Assembly: GCA_977017645.1 (NCBI GenBank) | Contig: OZ360221.1 | Span: 83,080,001-83,144,000, forward strand | Source: Torpedo marmorata | Lineage: Eukaryota | Direction: 5' to 3' | DNA length: 64,000 bases | Position numbers and translations under genes: made by a program | Part shown: piece after piece, positions 1 to 11,805 of the stretch | Position numbering within the stretch: position 1 is the stretch's first letter | Layout of the letters: every line of letters starts with the position of its first letter | Notes under the pieces: model-generated | What the model was told of the DNA's origin: nothing | The model's database searches: none | The model's input: only the letters and a program-made list of their open reading frames with translations

Positions 1-103
1 TATACTGACGCTTAACACACCTGCGCACACGCGCTATTACTCCCACACGTCGCCTCACTTACGTCATCAGCGGTGACCGGCACCGCTCCCGACGCAGGTA
101 AGT
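1..103 (+). promoter_or_regulatory. CpG-rich segment ending in a consensus splice donor; possible alternative first exon or promoter
   Basis: Dense CpGs in an otherwise CpG-poor region, CRE/ATF-like TTACGTCA (59-66), and CAG|GTAAGT at 97/98. Confidence 0.35.
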
Positions 104-418
104 AAGTGACCGTGACAGACTATGGTTTGAGAGATGCTGTTGAAGAAACTGTTACAAGCTGCAGCAGTGCATTTTTTAGCTGGTACTTGACTGTGTATTA
201 GTTGTGAACACAGAAATACAAGAACTCCAGAAGCAGGAAGAAGTCTCAACTCTTCTGTGCCACTTCCACATTACCCTCAGTTCCTGATCTTTTAAATTTT
301 ACCTACCTCCTCTTTAAATATCTTTAGCCTTCGCAACCCCTCTGGGATATAGAATTGTAAAGGTTCACCAGGGTCAGGAAGAACATTTTTAATGCTGGCA
401 TATCTTTTCTCTTTTCAG

Positions 419-589
419 GAGAACCACAAACCTTCTCATTGTATTTTAAGAGAGCTGAAGATTATCCCATTGATTTATATTTTCTCGTGGACCTCTCCCT
501 TCTTTCGGAGAATGATTTGGACAACATGAAAAAGTTGGGAATTGAATTAAAGAGGAAAATGAAAAAGACAACTTCCAATTTCAGAATTG
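419..589 (+). CDS. itgb1-like: Integrin beta-1-like exon A (171 nt; end of hybrid segment and start of betaI domain, MIDAS loop)
   Basis: Acceptor ttttctcttttcag|GA and donor G|gtaaaa. Translates [58 protein letters not shown], colinear with beta1 [41 protein letters not shown]...SDFRIG. Phase 1-1. Confidence 0.93.
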
Positions 590-765
590 GTAAAAAAAAG
601 TCATACATTTTGTCTTTGGCTTGAGGTCATAAATCAGCGTGTAATACAAATCTCGTGAAATAGAGCAAAGTGAAACATGAAAGTCTGCAGGTGCTGTGAT
701 TGTAGTAAAAACACAAAAGTTCTGGAGGAACTTAGCAGGTCTTGCAGCATCCAGAGGAGGTAAAG

Positions 766-2146
766 GTTTTTAATTTTTACCGAAAATATACTTTATTCAC
801 AATAAATTATTTTCAAAGTCTCCTCCCACCCTGAGTTTCATGTTCATACATTTTCATCACTGTACATTGTTACATTCATTTCTATCCTCCACTGTCGCAC
901 CTTGCTATCTGTTTCCCACCCATTGATTTGGACTGCGCTATGGATGTCCGAATAGAGCAGTTATATCCAATTTTGGATTTCCTCACCAAAGCCTATTTTG
1001 GAGAGCACGTCCATCATTTACGTGTGCGATATCCCATCAAAAGCCTTCTCCTGGTCTAAGCTGACCAGGCAGGTGTCCATACCCCTGTCCTGCACATCGG
1101 CGATGGTATCTCTCAGCAGCGCAAGGCTGTCAGAGGTTTACTTGCCCGGAACCATGCAGGTCTGGTCTAAGTAGATCACCTGCCCAGGGCAGACTAAACT
1201 TCATTGGCGATGGCTTTGGACAGGATTTTGTAGTCAACATTTAACAATGATATGGTTCTCCAATTTCTGATATCCTCCTTTTCCCCCTTCTGTTTGAAGA
1301 TGAGGGTGATGAAGCCCTTTCTTATTTACATGCTGCCTGCCAGGAGCATAGTGTTGTATACTTCCAGCAGGTCTGGGCCCACCCAGTCCCTCAGAGCCAT
1401 GTACAACTCAGCTGGTAAGACGTCGCTTCTGGGAAATTTACTCCACCCAAAGAAATGGATTGAGTCCGTCAGCTCCCCCAGGGTAATTGGCTGCTCTAGA
1501 CTCTCCCATTTGTTGTCGTCTAAGACCTCCATGATAGAGGACAGGAAGTTCTGGGAGGCCATTCTGTCTGTAGCCTTGATGTCGTACATTTCAGCATAAA
1601 AGGATCTGCTGATCCTCTGAATGCCCGTCTGCGAGGATGTGACTGAGCCGTCCTCTTCCTTAAGGCTGTGGATCACAGAGCTCCCTCTGTGAACCTTTTA
1701 GAAGAAGAAGCGTGAGCACATCTCATCCTGCACCACTGTGCACACTCTGGATCAGAAGATGATCTTAGAGGACTCCAAGGTGCATAATGCAGCTTGCTGG
1801 CTCTTCACCTCTCGGAGTTCCTCCCTCACATCCACCCAACTGCAGAAGGAGGAGTTGCTGCAGGTCAGTTTGGAGTTGGCTCAGTTCCCCCTGCCTCTGT
1901 CTTGCTCTCTGAACCCCCTTGAGGATAAAGAACCTCTTGATATTCTCCTTAGTTGCTTCCAGTTCACTGGGGTGTCAAAGAAGGGTTTCACGATTCTCCA
2001 ACAGCGTACACCTTCTTTAGTTCCTCTACGTTCTCTCTGGTCAGCAACTTCACGTTCAGCTTCCATGTTCCCCTGCCCACCTTTGGTCCTCCTGTAGTTG
2101 ACAGAGGAGTGAAGGAGACAGTGGTCAGAGAAGAACACTGACGTGT
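766..2146 (-). mobile_element. Tx1-clade LINE, degenerate ORF2 and 3' end (3' part)
   Basis: ORF 1326-1676 (-) HSLKEEDGSVTSSQ...LPAELY...WVGPDLLEVY is Tx1-type linker/RT. VFFSDHC marks the end of the APE endonuclease. A-rich tail with AATAAA on the minus strand near 770-800. Confidence 0.8.
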
Positions 2147-2202
2147 TGGGGAACACTTCGGGTCTAGTGATCATAATACTATTAGTATTAGGTTGATAAT
2201 AG

Positions 2203-5200
2203 TTTTAAACAGCCAGAGAACGGGCCATTTAAACTTCGCGGGAGTTGCAAACAGCAGGCACTCAGCACACTTACAAATCGCGCAGGATTTAAAGGGACAG
2301 CGCACGGACCATTTAAACACTGCGGGACCTACCGGCAGTGGACCCACGGGACAGGTAAAGAAGTCCCGACCACGTGGACGCAGAGGGGGGCTACAAGTCA
2401 AGCTGAGACGCGGGGACCTGAAGCTTCCGCTCCCTACCATCCTCCTGGCCAACGTACAATCCTTGGAGAACAAACTTGATGAACTCCAAGCCAGACTTCA
2501 ACATCAGAGAGTCATCAGGGAGTGCTGCGTGATGTGCTTTACAGAAACGTGGCTAAACGAGGACATTCCGGACACGGCGCTACAGCCCAAGGGCTACACC
2601 TTCCATCGCGCTGACCGAACACCGGCGTCTGGAAAAACCAGGGGAGGCGGCGTGTGTGTCATCATCAATTCATCGTGGTGCACAGACGTGACGGTCATGT
2701 CCCAGTCCTGCTCCCCCGACCTGGAACATCTGGCAATCAAGTGTCGCCCATTCTATATGCCGAGGGAGTTCACCGCCATCATCCTGGTCGCAGTGTACAT
2801 TCCGCCCCAGGCTAACGTCAGGCTGGCACTAGAGGGACTGAGCACTGTGATAAACAGCCATGAGACAGCACATCCTGATGCCTTCCCGATCATTGTGGGA
2901 GACTTCAATCAGGCCAATCTGAAAAGGTCACTGACAAACTACCACCAACACATCACTTGCGAGACCAGGGGAACCAACACACTCGACCACTGCTACATCA
3001 CCGTGAAGAACGCATACCGAGCCATACCACGACCACACTTCGGCAAGTCTGATCACATGGCTGTACTTCTACTCCCGGCGTACAAGCAGAGACTGAAGAC
3101 CACAGCACCAGTGGTGAGGACGGCGAAAGTATGGTCGAGGGAGGCGTAGGAGCGTCTGCAGGACTGCTTTGAATCGGTGGACTGGAACATATTCAAGCAC
3201 TCAGCCATAGACCTAAATGAATATGCAACAGGTGTCACCGACTTCATCAAGACCTGCGTGGATGAGTGTGTGCCCACGCGCAAATACCGGGTGTTCCCCA
3301 ACCAGAAGCCCTGGATGAATCAGAGAATTCACAACCTGCTGAGGACGAGAACAAGGGCGTTTAAGGCCAGGGACCGGGATCTTTACAAAAAGTCCAGGCA
3401 CGACCTGCGGAAGGCCATCTCTGAAGCAAAGTGGCAATTCCGGAGGAAGCAAGAGACAGAGACAGATACACACCAGCTATGGCAAGGAGTGCAGGCCATT
3501 ACAGCCTACAAAGCGAGGGCGATAACTATAGACGGCTGTGATGCTTCACTACCCGATGAGCTGAACACCTTCTATGCCCGCTTTGAGAAGAAGAACAAAA
3601 CAGTGCCTACTAGAATCCCTGAAAAGGCTGAGGACCCTGTGATATCTGTATCTGAGGGCGACGTCAGAACATCATTCAAGAGGGTAAACCCTCGCAAGGC
3701 GTCAGGCCCTGACGGCGTACCTGGCAGGGTATTGAAAATCTGTGCCAACCAACTAGCCGGAGTGTTCACGGACATTTTCAACCTCTCATTGCGGCAGTCA
3801 GAGGTTCCCACCTGCTTCAAAAGGGCATCAATCATCCCGGTACCCAAGAAGAGTAGTGTGGGCTGCCTCAACGACTACCGCCCCGTAGCACTAACTTCTA
3901 CTGTGATGAAATGCTTTGAGAGGCTGGTCATGGCCAGAATTAACACATACCTAAGCAAAGATCTGGACCCACTGCAATTCGCCTATCGCCACAATCGCTC
4001 CACAGCAGATGCAATATCGCTGGCTCTCCACTCAGCTCTGGATCACCTCGAAAACAGCAATTCATACATACGGTTGCTCTTCATCGACTACAGCTCGGCC
4101 TTCAATACCATTATTCCCTCAGTGCTGGTCAAGAAGCTACAAACTCTAGGCCTCTGTACCCCACTCTGCAACTGGATCCTTGACTTTCTCATCGGAAGAC
4201 CACAGTCAGTATGAATTGGAAACAACGTCTCGTCCTCACTGATTATCAACACAGGCGCACCCCAAGGATGCGTGCTTAGTCCACTGCTCTACTCGTTATG
4301 CACCCATGACTGTGTGGCCAGGTACAATTCCAATGCCATATACAAGTTTGCCGATGACAACACAGTTTTCGGCAGAATCACAAAAGGCAATGAGGAAGCG
4401 TACAGGAGGGAGATAGATCAGCTCGTTGAATGGTGTAATGGCAACAACCTTGAGCTCAACGTCAGCAAAACCAAGGAGATGATTGTGGACTTCAGGAGGA
4501 AGTCAGGGGAACACGACCCAGTCCTCATCGAGGGCCCAGTCGTGGAGAGGGTCAAGAACTTCAAATTCCTGGGTGTCAACATCTCCGAGGATCTGTCCTG
4601 GAGCATCCACGTGGATGCAATCACAAAGAAGGCTCGTCAGCGGCTATACTTTGTGAGGTGTTTGCGGAGATTCGGTATGTCACCTGTTACAAAATCAAAC
4701 CAGCAACGACAGAAGACGCAATGCAAAAGGGGTAAAATTGAAATATATATTTATTAAAGACAATTAAACATATAATTTCACAACAATTAACCCCACTATA
4801 AACGTCTATAAACACTATTCTTATCCAAAAGGTGTGTGTGTGTATGTGTGTGTAAAGCCCAGACCATTACAGTCTGTGCCCAACCCTTATGTAATAATGG
4901 AAAAACTTTCCCCAAAAAACCCCAGGTCAGTCATAAAAACAAGTCAGTCAAAAAAAGAATAATACAGTCCACAAAATTCCACTCTCTAAGTTCAGGTTTC
5001 AAATTCAGCTCGGTGTGCTGGTAGAAGTACTTCTGAATGAACGTTGGAGAGAGACAATAACTGTTTATGCTTACAAATACTTGTTTATCTTCTCTGATGA
5101 TGTTCCCTTCTTGTGTTTTCATGAGGATTGCGAATTCAGATCAGCATACCACTGATTTAGGCGTGTGCTTGAATCTCACAGCTGGTCTCGCTGATCTCAC

Positions 5201-6058
5201 GCCTGTTCTCCACAGAAGTTGCTTTTAACTCAGAATTTCTCTGAGACAGGAGGCCATGTGCTATTCTTCCAGCCTTTTCTCTGGGATGCACTAGCCTAGA
5301 TTTGGCTGTGTTCTCTAGCCTTTGCAACTCCCAACTGTCTGCTTTTTGCAGAGGTCTGCACCTGCTTTTGCAAAAGTGCAACAAAGTATCTTTTCCACAG
5401 CCTGTCTCTCTCTGCTCTCTCTCTCTCTCTCTCTCTCTCTGGGTACACCAAGTCCTGGGCAAGTTAACTCTTTCAGTACCTGGTCCCAGTGTATAGTACA
5501 AAAGACTTCATCCTTCCTGCTGACCGTCCGCAGTCCAAATGGTCAGTCATGGTCCATAACACGCCAAAGACTCTCGTAAACTTCTACAGGTGTACCGTGG
5601 AGAGCATTCTGGCTGGTTGCATCACTGCCTGGTATGGAGGCGCCAACTCCCAGGACAAGAGTAAACTCCAGAAGGTTGTTAACTCGGCCTGTGACATTAC
5701 AGGCACCAAACTTCACTCCATCGAGGACATCTACATGAGGCGGTGTCTTAAAAAAGCAGCCTCTATCCTCAAGGACCCCCACCACCCAGGCCATGCCCTC
5801 TTCACTCTGCTTCCATCGGGAAAAAGGTACAGGAGCCGAAAGACGAGCACTCAATGGCACAAGGACAGCTTCTTCCCCGCTGCCATCAGATTCCTGAATA
5901 ATCAATGAACCAAAGACACTGCCTTACTTTTCGTGCACTATTGTTTATAATTTTTTATAGTAATGTCGTTAGATGGTTAATATGAATGTTAATTGCACTA
6001 TGATGCTGCCGCAAAACACTGAATTTCATGACTTGTTCATGACAATAAATTCTGATTC
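2203..6058 (+). mobile_element. Rex1/Babar-clade LINE (APE + RT) with two in-frame stops and a solo-LTR insertion
   Basis: ORFs 2193-3149 (CFTETWL, GGGVC, GDFNQ, SDH), 3177-4214 ([31 protein letters not shown]) and 4272 onward (KFADD) are all in one frame. The tail is (ttctga)n. TSD tgataatag at 2194-2202 and 6059-6067. Confidence 0.9.
4685..5561 (-). mobile_element. Solo LTR of the Gmr1-like Gypsy family
   Basis: TG...CA termini, 4-bp TSD cacc/cgcc, colinear with the LTR at 21899-22778 including the internal (TG)n and (CT)n tracts. Confidence 0.92.
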
Positions 6059-8288
6059 TGATAATAGAGAAGGATAGGGCTGGGCCTCAGGTTGAGATTC
6101 TTGATTGGAATAAGGCAAATTTCGAGGAGATGAGAAAGGATTTGGAGGGTGTGTTTTTTGGATAATTTATTTTCAGGGAAGGATGTAACAGATAAATGGA
6201 GGATATTCAAAGGGGAAATTTTGAGAGTACAGAGTCGGTTCGTCCCTGTTAGGATTAAAGGAAGATTTAGAAAATATAGGCAGCCTTGGTTTTCAAAGGA
6301 TATTGGAAATTTGGTTCGGATGAAGAGGGATGTGTACAACAGGTATAGACAGCAGGGAAGAGATGAGGTCCTTGAGGAATATAAGGAGTGTAAAAAAAAT
6401 CTTAAGAAAGAAATTAGAAAGGCAAAAAGGAGATATGAGGCTGCTTTGGCAGGCAAGGTAAAAATAATTCCAAAGGGTTTATACAGGTACATTAAAAGTA
6501 AAATAATAGTGAGGGATAAAATTGGGCCCATTGAGGATCAGGCGGGTAGGCTATGTGAGAAGTCAGAAGAGATGGGGGAAATTTTAAATGATTTTTTTTT
6601 CTTCAGTATTCACAAAGGAAAGGAATATTGAGCCAGGTGAAGTAAGGAAATCTGGTAGTGAGGTCATGGATAATATAAAGATTAATGAGGAGGTAGTATT
6701 GGCTATTTTAAAGAGAATAAAGGTGGATAAATCTCCAGGTCCTGACAGGATATTCCCGAGGACCCTGAGGGAGGTTAGTGTACAAATAGTGGGGGCTCTG
6801 ACAGAAATATTTAAAATGTCACTAGCCACGGGGAAGGTGCTGGAGGATTGGAGGGTAGCTCATGTTGTCCCGCTGTTTAAAAAAGGCTCCAACAGTAAAC
6901 CTGGAAATTATAGGCCTGTGAGTCTGATATCGATGGTGGATAAATTAATGGAGAGTGTTCTTAGAGATGGTGTATACAGTTATTTGGAAAGACAAGCATT
7001 GATTAGGAGTAGTCAACACAGTTTTGTACATGGTAGATCATGTTTAACAAATCTTATAGTGTTTTTCGAGGAGGTTACTAAGAAGGTTGATGAGGGGAAG
7101 GCTGTGGATGTTGTCTATATGGACTTTAGTAAGGCATTTGACAAGGTTCCGCGTAAGAGGCTAGTTAGGAAGGTTCAGCATTAGATATTAACGTCAAAGT
7201 AGTGAAATGGATTCAACAATGGTTGGATAGGAGATGCCAGAGAGTAGTGGTGAAAAATTGTTTGTCAAATTGGAGGCCGGTGACTATTGGAGTGCCTCAG
7301 GGATCGGTACTGGGTCCATTGTTGTTTGTCATATATATTAATGATCTAGATGAAAGGATGGTAAATTGGATTAGTAAGTATGCAGATACAAAGATTGGTG
7401 GAGTTGTGGACAGTGAAGAAGGTTATCAATGCTTGCAGGGGGATATAGGACAGTTAGAAGAGTGAGCTGAAACATGGCAGATGGAGTTTAATACTGATAA
7501 ATGTGAGGTGCTACATTTTGGTAGGACTAATCAGCAAAGGTCATACATGTTAAATGGAAGACAATTGAGGAGTGCAGTAGAACAAAGGGATTTAGGAATT
7601 CTGGTACATAATTCCCTGAAAGTTGAGTCACACGTAGATAGGGTGGTGAAGAAAGCACTTGGTATGTTGGCCTTCATAAATCAGAGTATTGAATACAGGA
7701 GTTGGGATGTCATGTTGAAGTTGTATAAGGCATTGGTGAGGCCAAATTTGGAATATTGTGTGCAGTTTTGGTCGCCGAATTATAGGAAGGATATAAACAG
7801 AATAGAGAGAGTGCAGAGGAGATTTACAAGAATGTTGCCAGGTTTTCAGGGTTTGAGTTACATGGAAAGGTTAAGCAGGCTGGGACTTTATTCCCTAGAG
7901 TGCAGAAGATTGAGGGGTGATTTGATAGAGGTATTTAAAATTATGAAGGGGACAGATAGAGTCAATGTGGACTGGCTTTTTCCATTGAGAGTGGGGGAGA
8001 TTCAAACAAGAGGGCATGGATTGAGATTGAAGGGGGAAAAGTTTAGAGGAAACATGAGGGGGAATTTCTTCACTCAGAGGGTGGTGGGAGTGTGGAACGA
8101 GCTTCCAACCGAAGTGGTAGATGCAGGTTCAATGTTAATGTTTAAGGAAAAGTTGGATAGGTATATGGACGAGAGAGGTGTGGAGGGTTATGGGCCGGGT
8201 GCGGGTCAGTGGGACTCGGTGGGAGAAGGTGTTCGGCATGGATTAGAAGGGATGAACAGGCCTGTTTCTGTGCTGTAATTGTTATATA

Positions 8289-8845
8289 GTGTCATCGGTG
8301 GATCTGACCGTGATGGCCTTTGATAAAGATGAAGTTTATCCGAGAGCGGATTGAACCGTCCAATCTTGACCCGGTGGGCTGCGGCTGTGCTCCACCTGCA
8401 GGGTTGCTGAAGGCTTCACACTGCTATGCATCCTTTACCGTCTCCATCAGGAGTCTGGAGGAGCTGTCCAGTCTGCTGTTGGCACCGCTGGATCATCCAG
8501 CTACATCGATGATGCAGTTGAAGTCACCGCCAAGAAATATCGGCCTGGACGCCACCAGCAACGGTGGGAGCTGCAGGAAGATGGCCAGCCTCTCGCTCCA
8601 CATGGGCGAGGCATATATGTTGATCAGCTGGAATGGTGTATTGTAGTACCTTAGATCCACCATGAGGAGACGCCCCCCCCACCCCCCCAACCACATCCTT
8701 AACCTCAGTGATTACAATGTTGTCTGCCTGCAGCTAGATACCTAGACCGGATGCATGTCAATTGTTCCCCTCCATCCATACAGACAACCCATGGGGACAC
8801 TATTGCGACCACCCCCGATAGTTCCTGAGGTGTGGCAGCCCATAC
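8289..8845 (-). mobile_element. Tx1-clade LINE, endonuclease part; continues 766-2146
   Basis: GGRLLMVDLRY...LINIYAS...LGGDFNCIID APE motifs. The sequence joins the 2146 breakpoint via a shared gtgt (...TD|T.VFFSDHC). Confidence 0.8.
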
Positions 8846-9206
8846 TCTTGTATGCAGGGATCATCTACTTCATCCAGTGCTCTGCTGTGCTCTTCACTAC
8901 ATCGGAGAGACTGGATGCAGACTGGGAGATCGCTTCATTGAGCACCTTCACTCTGTCCGCCGCAATAGCGGGGATCTCCCAGTGGCAACCCATTTCAATT
9001 CCCCGCCCCATTCCCATGCCGACATGTCTGTCCATGGTCTCATGCACTGCCAGACTAAGACTACCCACAAATTGGACGAAGAAATCCTCTTATTCCATCT
9101 GGGCACCCTCTAACAAGCTGGTATTAACATTGATTTCTCTGTTTTCCATTGGCACTCCCCCTACCCCCCACCAGTCTCTCTCCTTCCTTTATCCCAATGT
9201 CTCCTT

Positions 9207-9253
<47 letters not shown>

Positions 9254-9679
9254 CCCCCCCCTTACCTTCTGTCTCCTTTCCTCCAGCTCTGCATTTACAG
9301 AGCAATCCACTCCTCCGATCAATTCTCACCTTTCCTCTCCTGTCCTATCCATGCCCTTTGCCTGTTGGCCTATGCTCCTCCCCCTCCCCTTTCTTCCCTC
9401 CTCCCCAGCCTTTTTATTCAAGTGCCTGCCTGCTTTTGCTCATACCTTGTCGAAGGGCTCATGCCCGAAATGTTGGTTATATATCTTTACGTCCTATGAA
9501 TGCTGCGAGACCTGCTGAGTTCCTCCAGCATTTCTGTGTTTTTGAAATAGAGCAAATTATTTCTCCTTATAAGTTATGGAGAAACAAATATTTTAGCAAA
9601 CACATTTGTATTGATGTATTTTAAAACTGCGGCCTTTGATTGTCTGCATGACATTTTCTTGTAGCATACTATTTAATTT

Positions 9680-9925
9680 TAATTTTAACGATACAGCATG
9701 GTAGAAGCCCATACTAGCCAGTGAAACCTGCGCTGCCTAATTACACCCAATTAACCTACCAACCCTGCACATTGTGGAGGGTGGGTGGAAACCGGAGCAC
9801 CCAGAGGAAACCCATGCAGGTTACCGGGAGAATGTACAAACACCTTACACACAGCGCCAGATTCGAATCGGGTTGCTAGCGCTGTAATAGTGATGCGCTA
9901 ACCGCTACACTAACTGTGCCGTCCC
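9680..9925 (-). mobile_element. tRNA-derived V-SINE (HE1-like)
   Basis: The reverse complement shows a tRNA-like head (ggcacagttagtgtagcggttagc...ttcgaatc), a V-domain core (gggtttcctctgggtgctccggtttcc) and a CR1-like tail. Confidence 0.85.
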
Positions 9926-10022
9926 GAATGATTTACTATTACCAATCATTCCTCTGTAGTTTTTTTAAAATCATGATTAATTGTGGTACCATTTGCTTGA
10001 CTATAAGTGTGCTCCTTTTTAG

Positions 10023-10216
10023 GGTTTGGTACAATAGAGAGAACTCCTTGCCCTGGTGGTAAAATATGTGCAAGTCAATCTAGCTTCAAAAATGTGGTGC
10101 CGTTGACTAACAATAGGACAGCGTACAGCAAACATGTACGCAAGCAGACCATCGCAGCAAGTCTGAAATCTTCAGCAGGTGCCGCGGATGCTATAATGCA
10201 GGCTGCTATCTGTCGG
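10023..10216 (+). CDS. itgb1-like: Integrin beta-1-like exon B (194 nt; betaI domain, specificity loop and SyMBS loop)
   Basis: Acceptor ctcctttttag|GG and donor CGG|gtaagt. Translates GFGTIERTPCPGGKICASQSSFKNVVPLTNNRTAYSKHVRKQTIAASLKSSAGAADAIMQAAICR, aligning to beta1 GFGSFVEK...[22 protein letters not shown]...[25 protein letters not shown]. Phase 1-0, in frame with exon A. Confidence 0.9.
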
Positions 10217-10330
10217 GTAAGTGAAAACATTTCAACATTTAAATCTTAGGCCAATTCCTTGTAATTTTTGCCTAAGTTTAAGAACCTCCACACATGCTGC
10301 TGGGAATTTCTTGGCAAACATGATTATACA

Positions 10331-10545
10331 TAAAATGCTGGAGGAACTTAGCCGGTCTTTTCAGCATCCAAAGAAGCAAAGATATATTGCCGTCGTTTCG
10401 GGCCTGAGCCCTTCTTCAAGGAGGACTCAGGCCCGAAACATCGTCAATATATCTTTGCTTTTTTGAACGCTGAAAAGACCGGCTGAGTTCCTCCAGCATT
10501 TCTGTGTTTTTACTACAATCACAGCATCTGCAGACTTTCGTGTTT
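10331..10545. mobile_element. Fold-back mini-element made of inverted Penelope pLTR ends
   Basis: 16-bp TSD caaacatgattataca (10315-10330 and 10546-10561). Arms aaaatgctggaggaacttagccggtc... and ...gaccggctgagttcctccagcatttt. Confidence 0.85.
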
Positions 10546-10702
10546 CAAACATGATTATACAGCCAATGATTTTAAATCACCAATTGAGTACCATACTTTC
10601 TGCTCCTGAGTAGCACTTCCTGTTAGCGATATGTGAGAAATCCCTTAAGGTCTGACACAGCCAGACATACTGCACTAACACAATAATCTTCACTGGATCT
10701 AT

Positions 10703-10824
10703 ACACAATCTGCTGGAGGAACTCAGTGGGTCGAGCTGCATCAGTGGGAGAAAAAGAATGGTCGCCATTTCTTTTTCTCTCACTGATGCTGCTCAACCCA
10801 CCGAGTTTCTCCAGCAGATTGTGT
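10703..10824. repeat. Near-perfect hairpin (about 60-bp arms) from a second pLTR-like subfamily
   Basis: acacaatctgctggaggaactcagtgggtcgagctgcatcagtggg... pairs with ...tcactgatgctgctcaacccaccgagtttctccagcagattgtgt. Confidence 0.85.
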
Positions 10825-11805
10825 TTGGCTTCAGATTGCATCATCTGAAGTCTCCTGTGTATCTCCTATCCTTCATGAGAGTTAATATTCAGCTGAATCT
10901 GTACTATCTGGAATAGAACAAATATTTATATAAGAAAAAGGCAAATTAATAAGACATTTAACTCATAATCTGGATTAGTTGGATGAATTTAGAAAGGAAG
11001 CTCGCAAATAATATCAAAAAGGATACTAAAAGCTTTTTAAGTATATTAAGAGTAAAAAGAAGTGACAGTAGATATAGGACTGATAGAAAATAACACTGGA
11101 GAAATTGTAATGGGAGACAAGGAGATGGCAGAGGAACTGAATGAGCATTTTGCATCAGTCTTCACTGCGGAAGACATTGGCAGTATACTTGATTTTAGAC
11201 TGTCAGGGAAGAGAGTGAGAGCAGTCACGATCACTAGAGAGAAGGTACTTGGGAAGTTGAAAGGTCTAAGGGTAGATAGTCACCGGGACCAGATGGAATG
11301 CACCCTTGGGTTCTGAAAGAAGCAGCTCTTGATATTGTGGAGACATTAGTAATGATCTTCCAAGAATCAATAGATTCTGACATGGTTCCGGAGGACCGGA
11401 ACATTTCAATGGTCACTCCGCTATTTAAAAAGGAATGGAGGCAGCTGAAACAAAATTATAGACCTGTTACCCTAACATCGGTGGTTGGGAAGTTTTTGTA
11501 GTCGATTGACAAGGATGAGATTACGGAGTACATGGAGGTGCATGACAAGATAGGGCAAAGTCAGCATGGTTTCCTTAAGGAAAACCTTGCCTGACATACC
11601 TACTGCAATTTTTTGAGGAAACCACAAGCAGGCTAGACAAAGTCATGCAGTGGATGTTATACATTTGGATTTTCAAAAGGCCTTTCACAAGGTGCCGCAC
11701 ACGAGGCTGCTTAACAAGATGAGAGTCCATGGAATTACAAGGAAGATATTAGAATGGGTAGAGCCATTGGCTGATCGGCAGGAAACAGAGAGTGGGAATA
11801 AAGGA

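Larger units (their letters stand above)
2147..8288 (+). mobile_element. CR1-clade LINE, 5'-truncated, interrupted by a Rex1 element at 2203-6058
   Basis: 2147-2202 matches the CR1 endonuclease end (GEHFGSSDHN). ORF2 fragments at 6149-8278 carry KSPGPD, NYRPVSL, YMDFSKAFDKV, GVPQGSVLGP and LVRPNLEYC. The 3' tail is ggcctgtttctgtgctgta. Confidence 0.9.
670..9542 (+). mobile_element. Penelope-like element insertion (outer layer of a nested stack): inverted pLTR piece at 670-765, GIY-YIG fragment plus pLTR at about 8850-9542
   Basis: 14-bp target-site duplication tgaaatagagcaaa (656-669 and 9543-9556). ORF 8832-9113 contains LHYIGETGCRLGDRFIEH (GIY-YIG). The terminal pieces are inverted copies of the pLTR end. 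Confidence 0.8.

Noticed and set aside
8755-9624. 289-aa ORF, and similar long ORFs at 61419-62288 and 61681-62556
   Set aside because: Alternative or frameshifted frames of C-rich Penelope sequence and microsatellite, which are depleted of stop codons. Not host genes.
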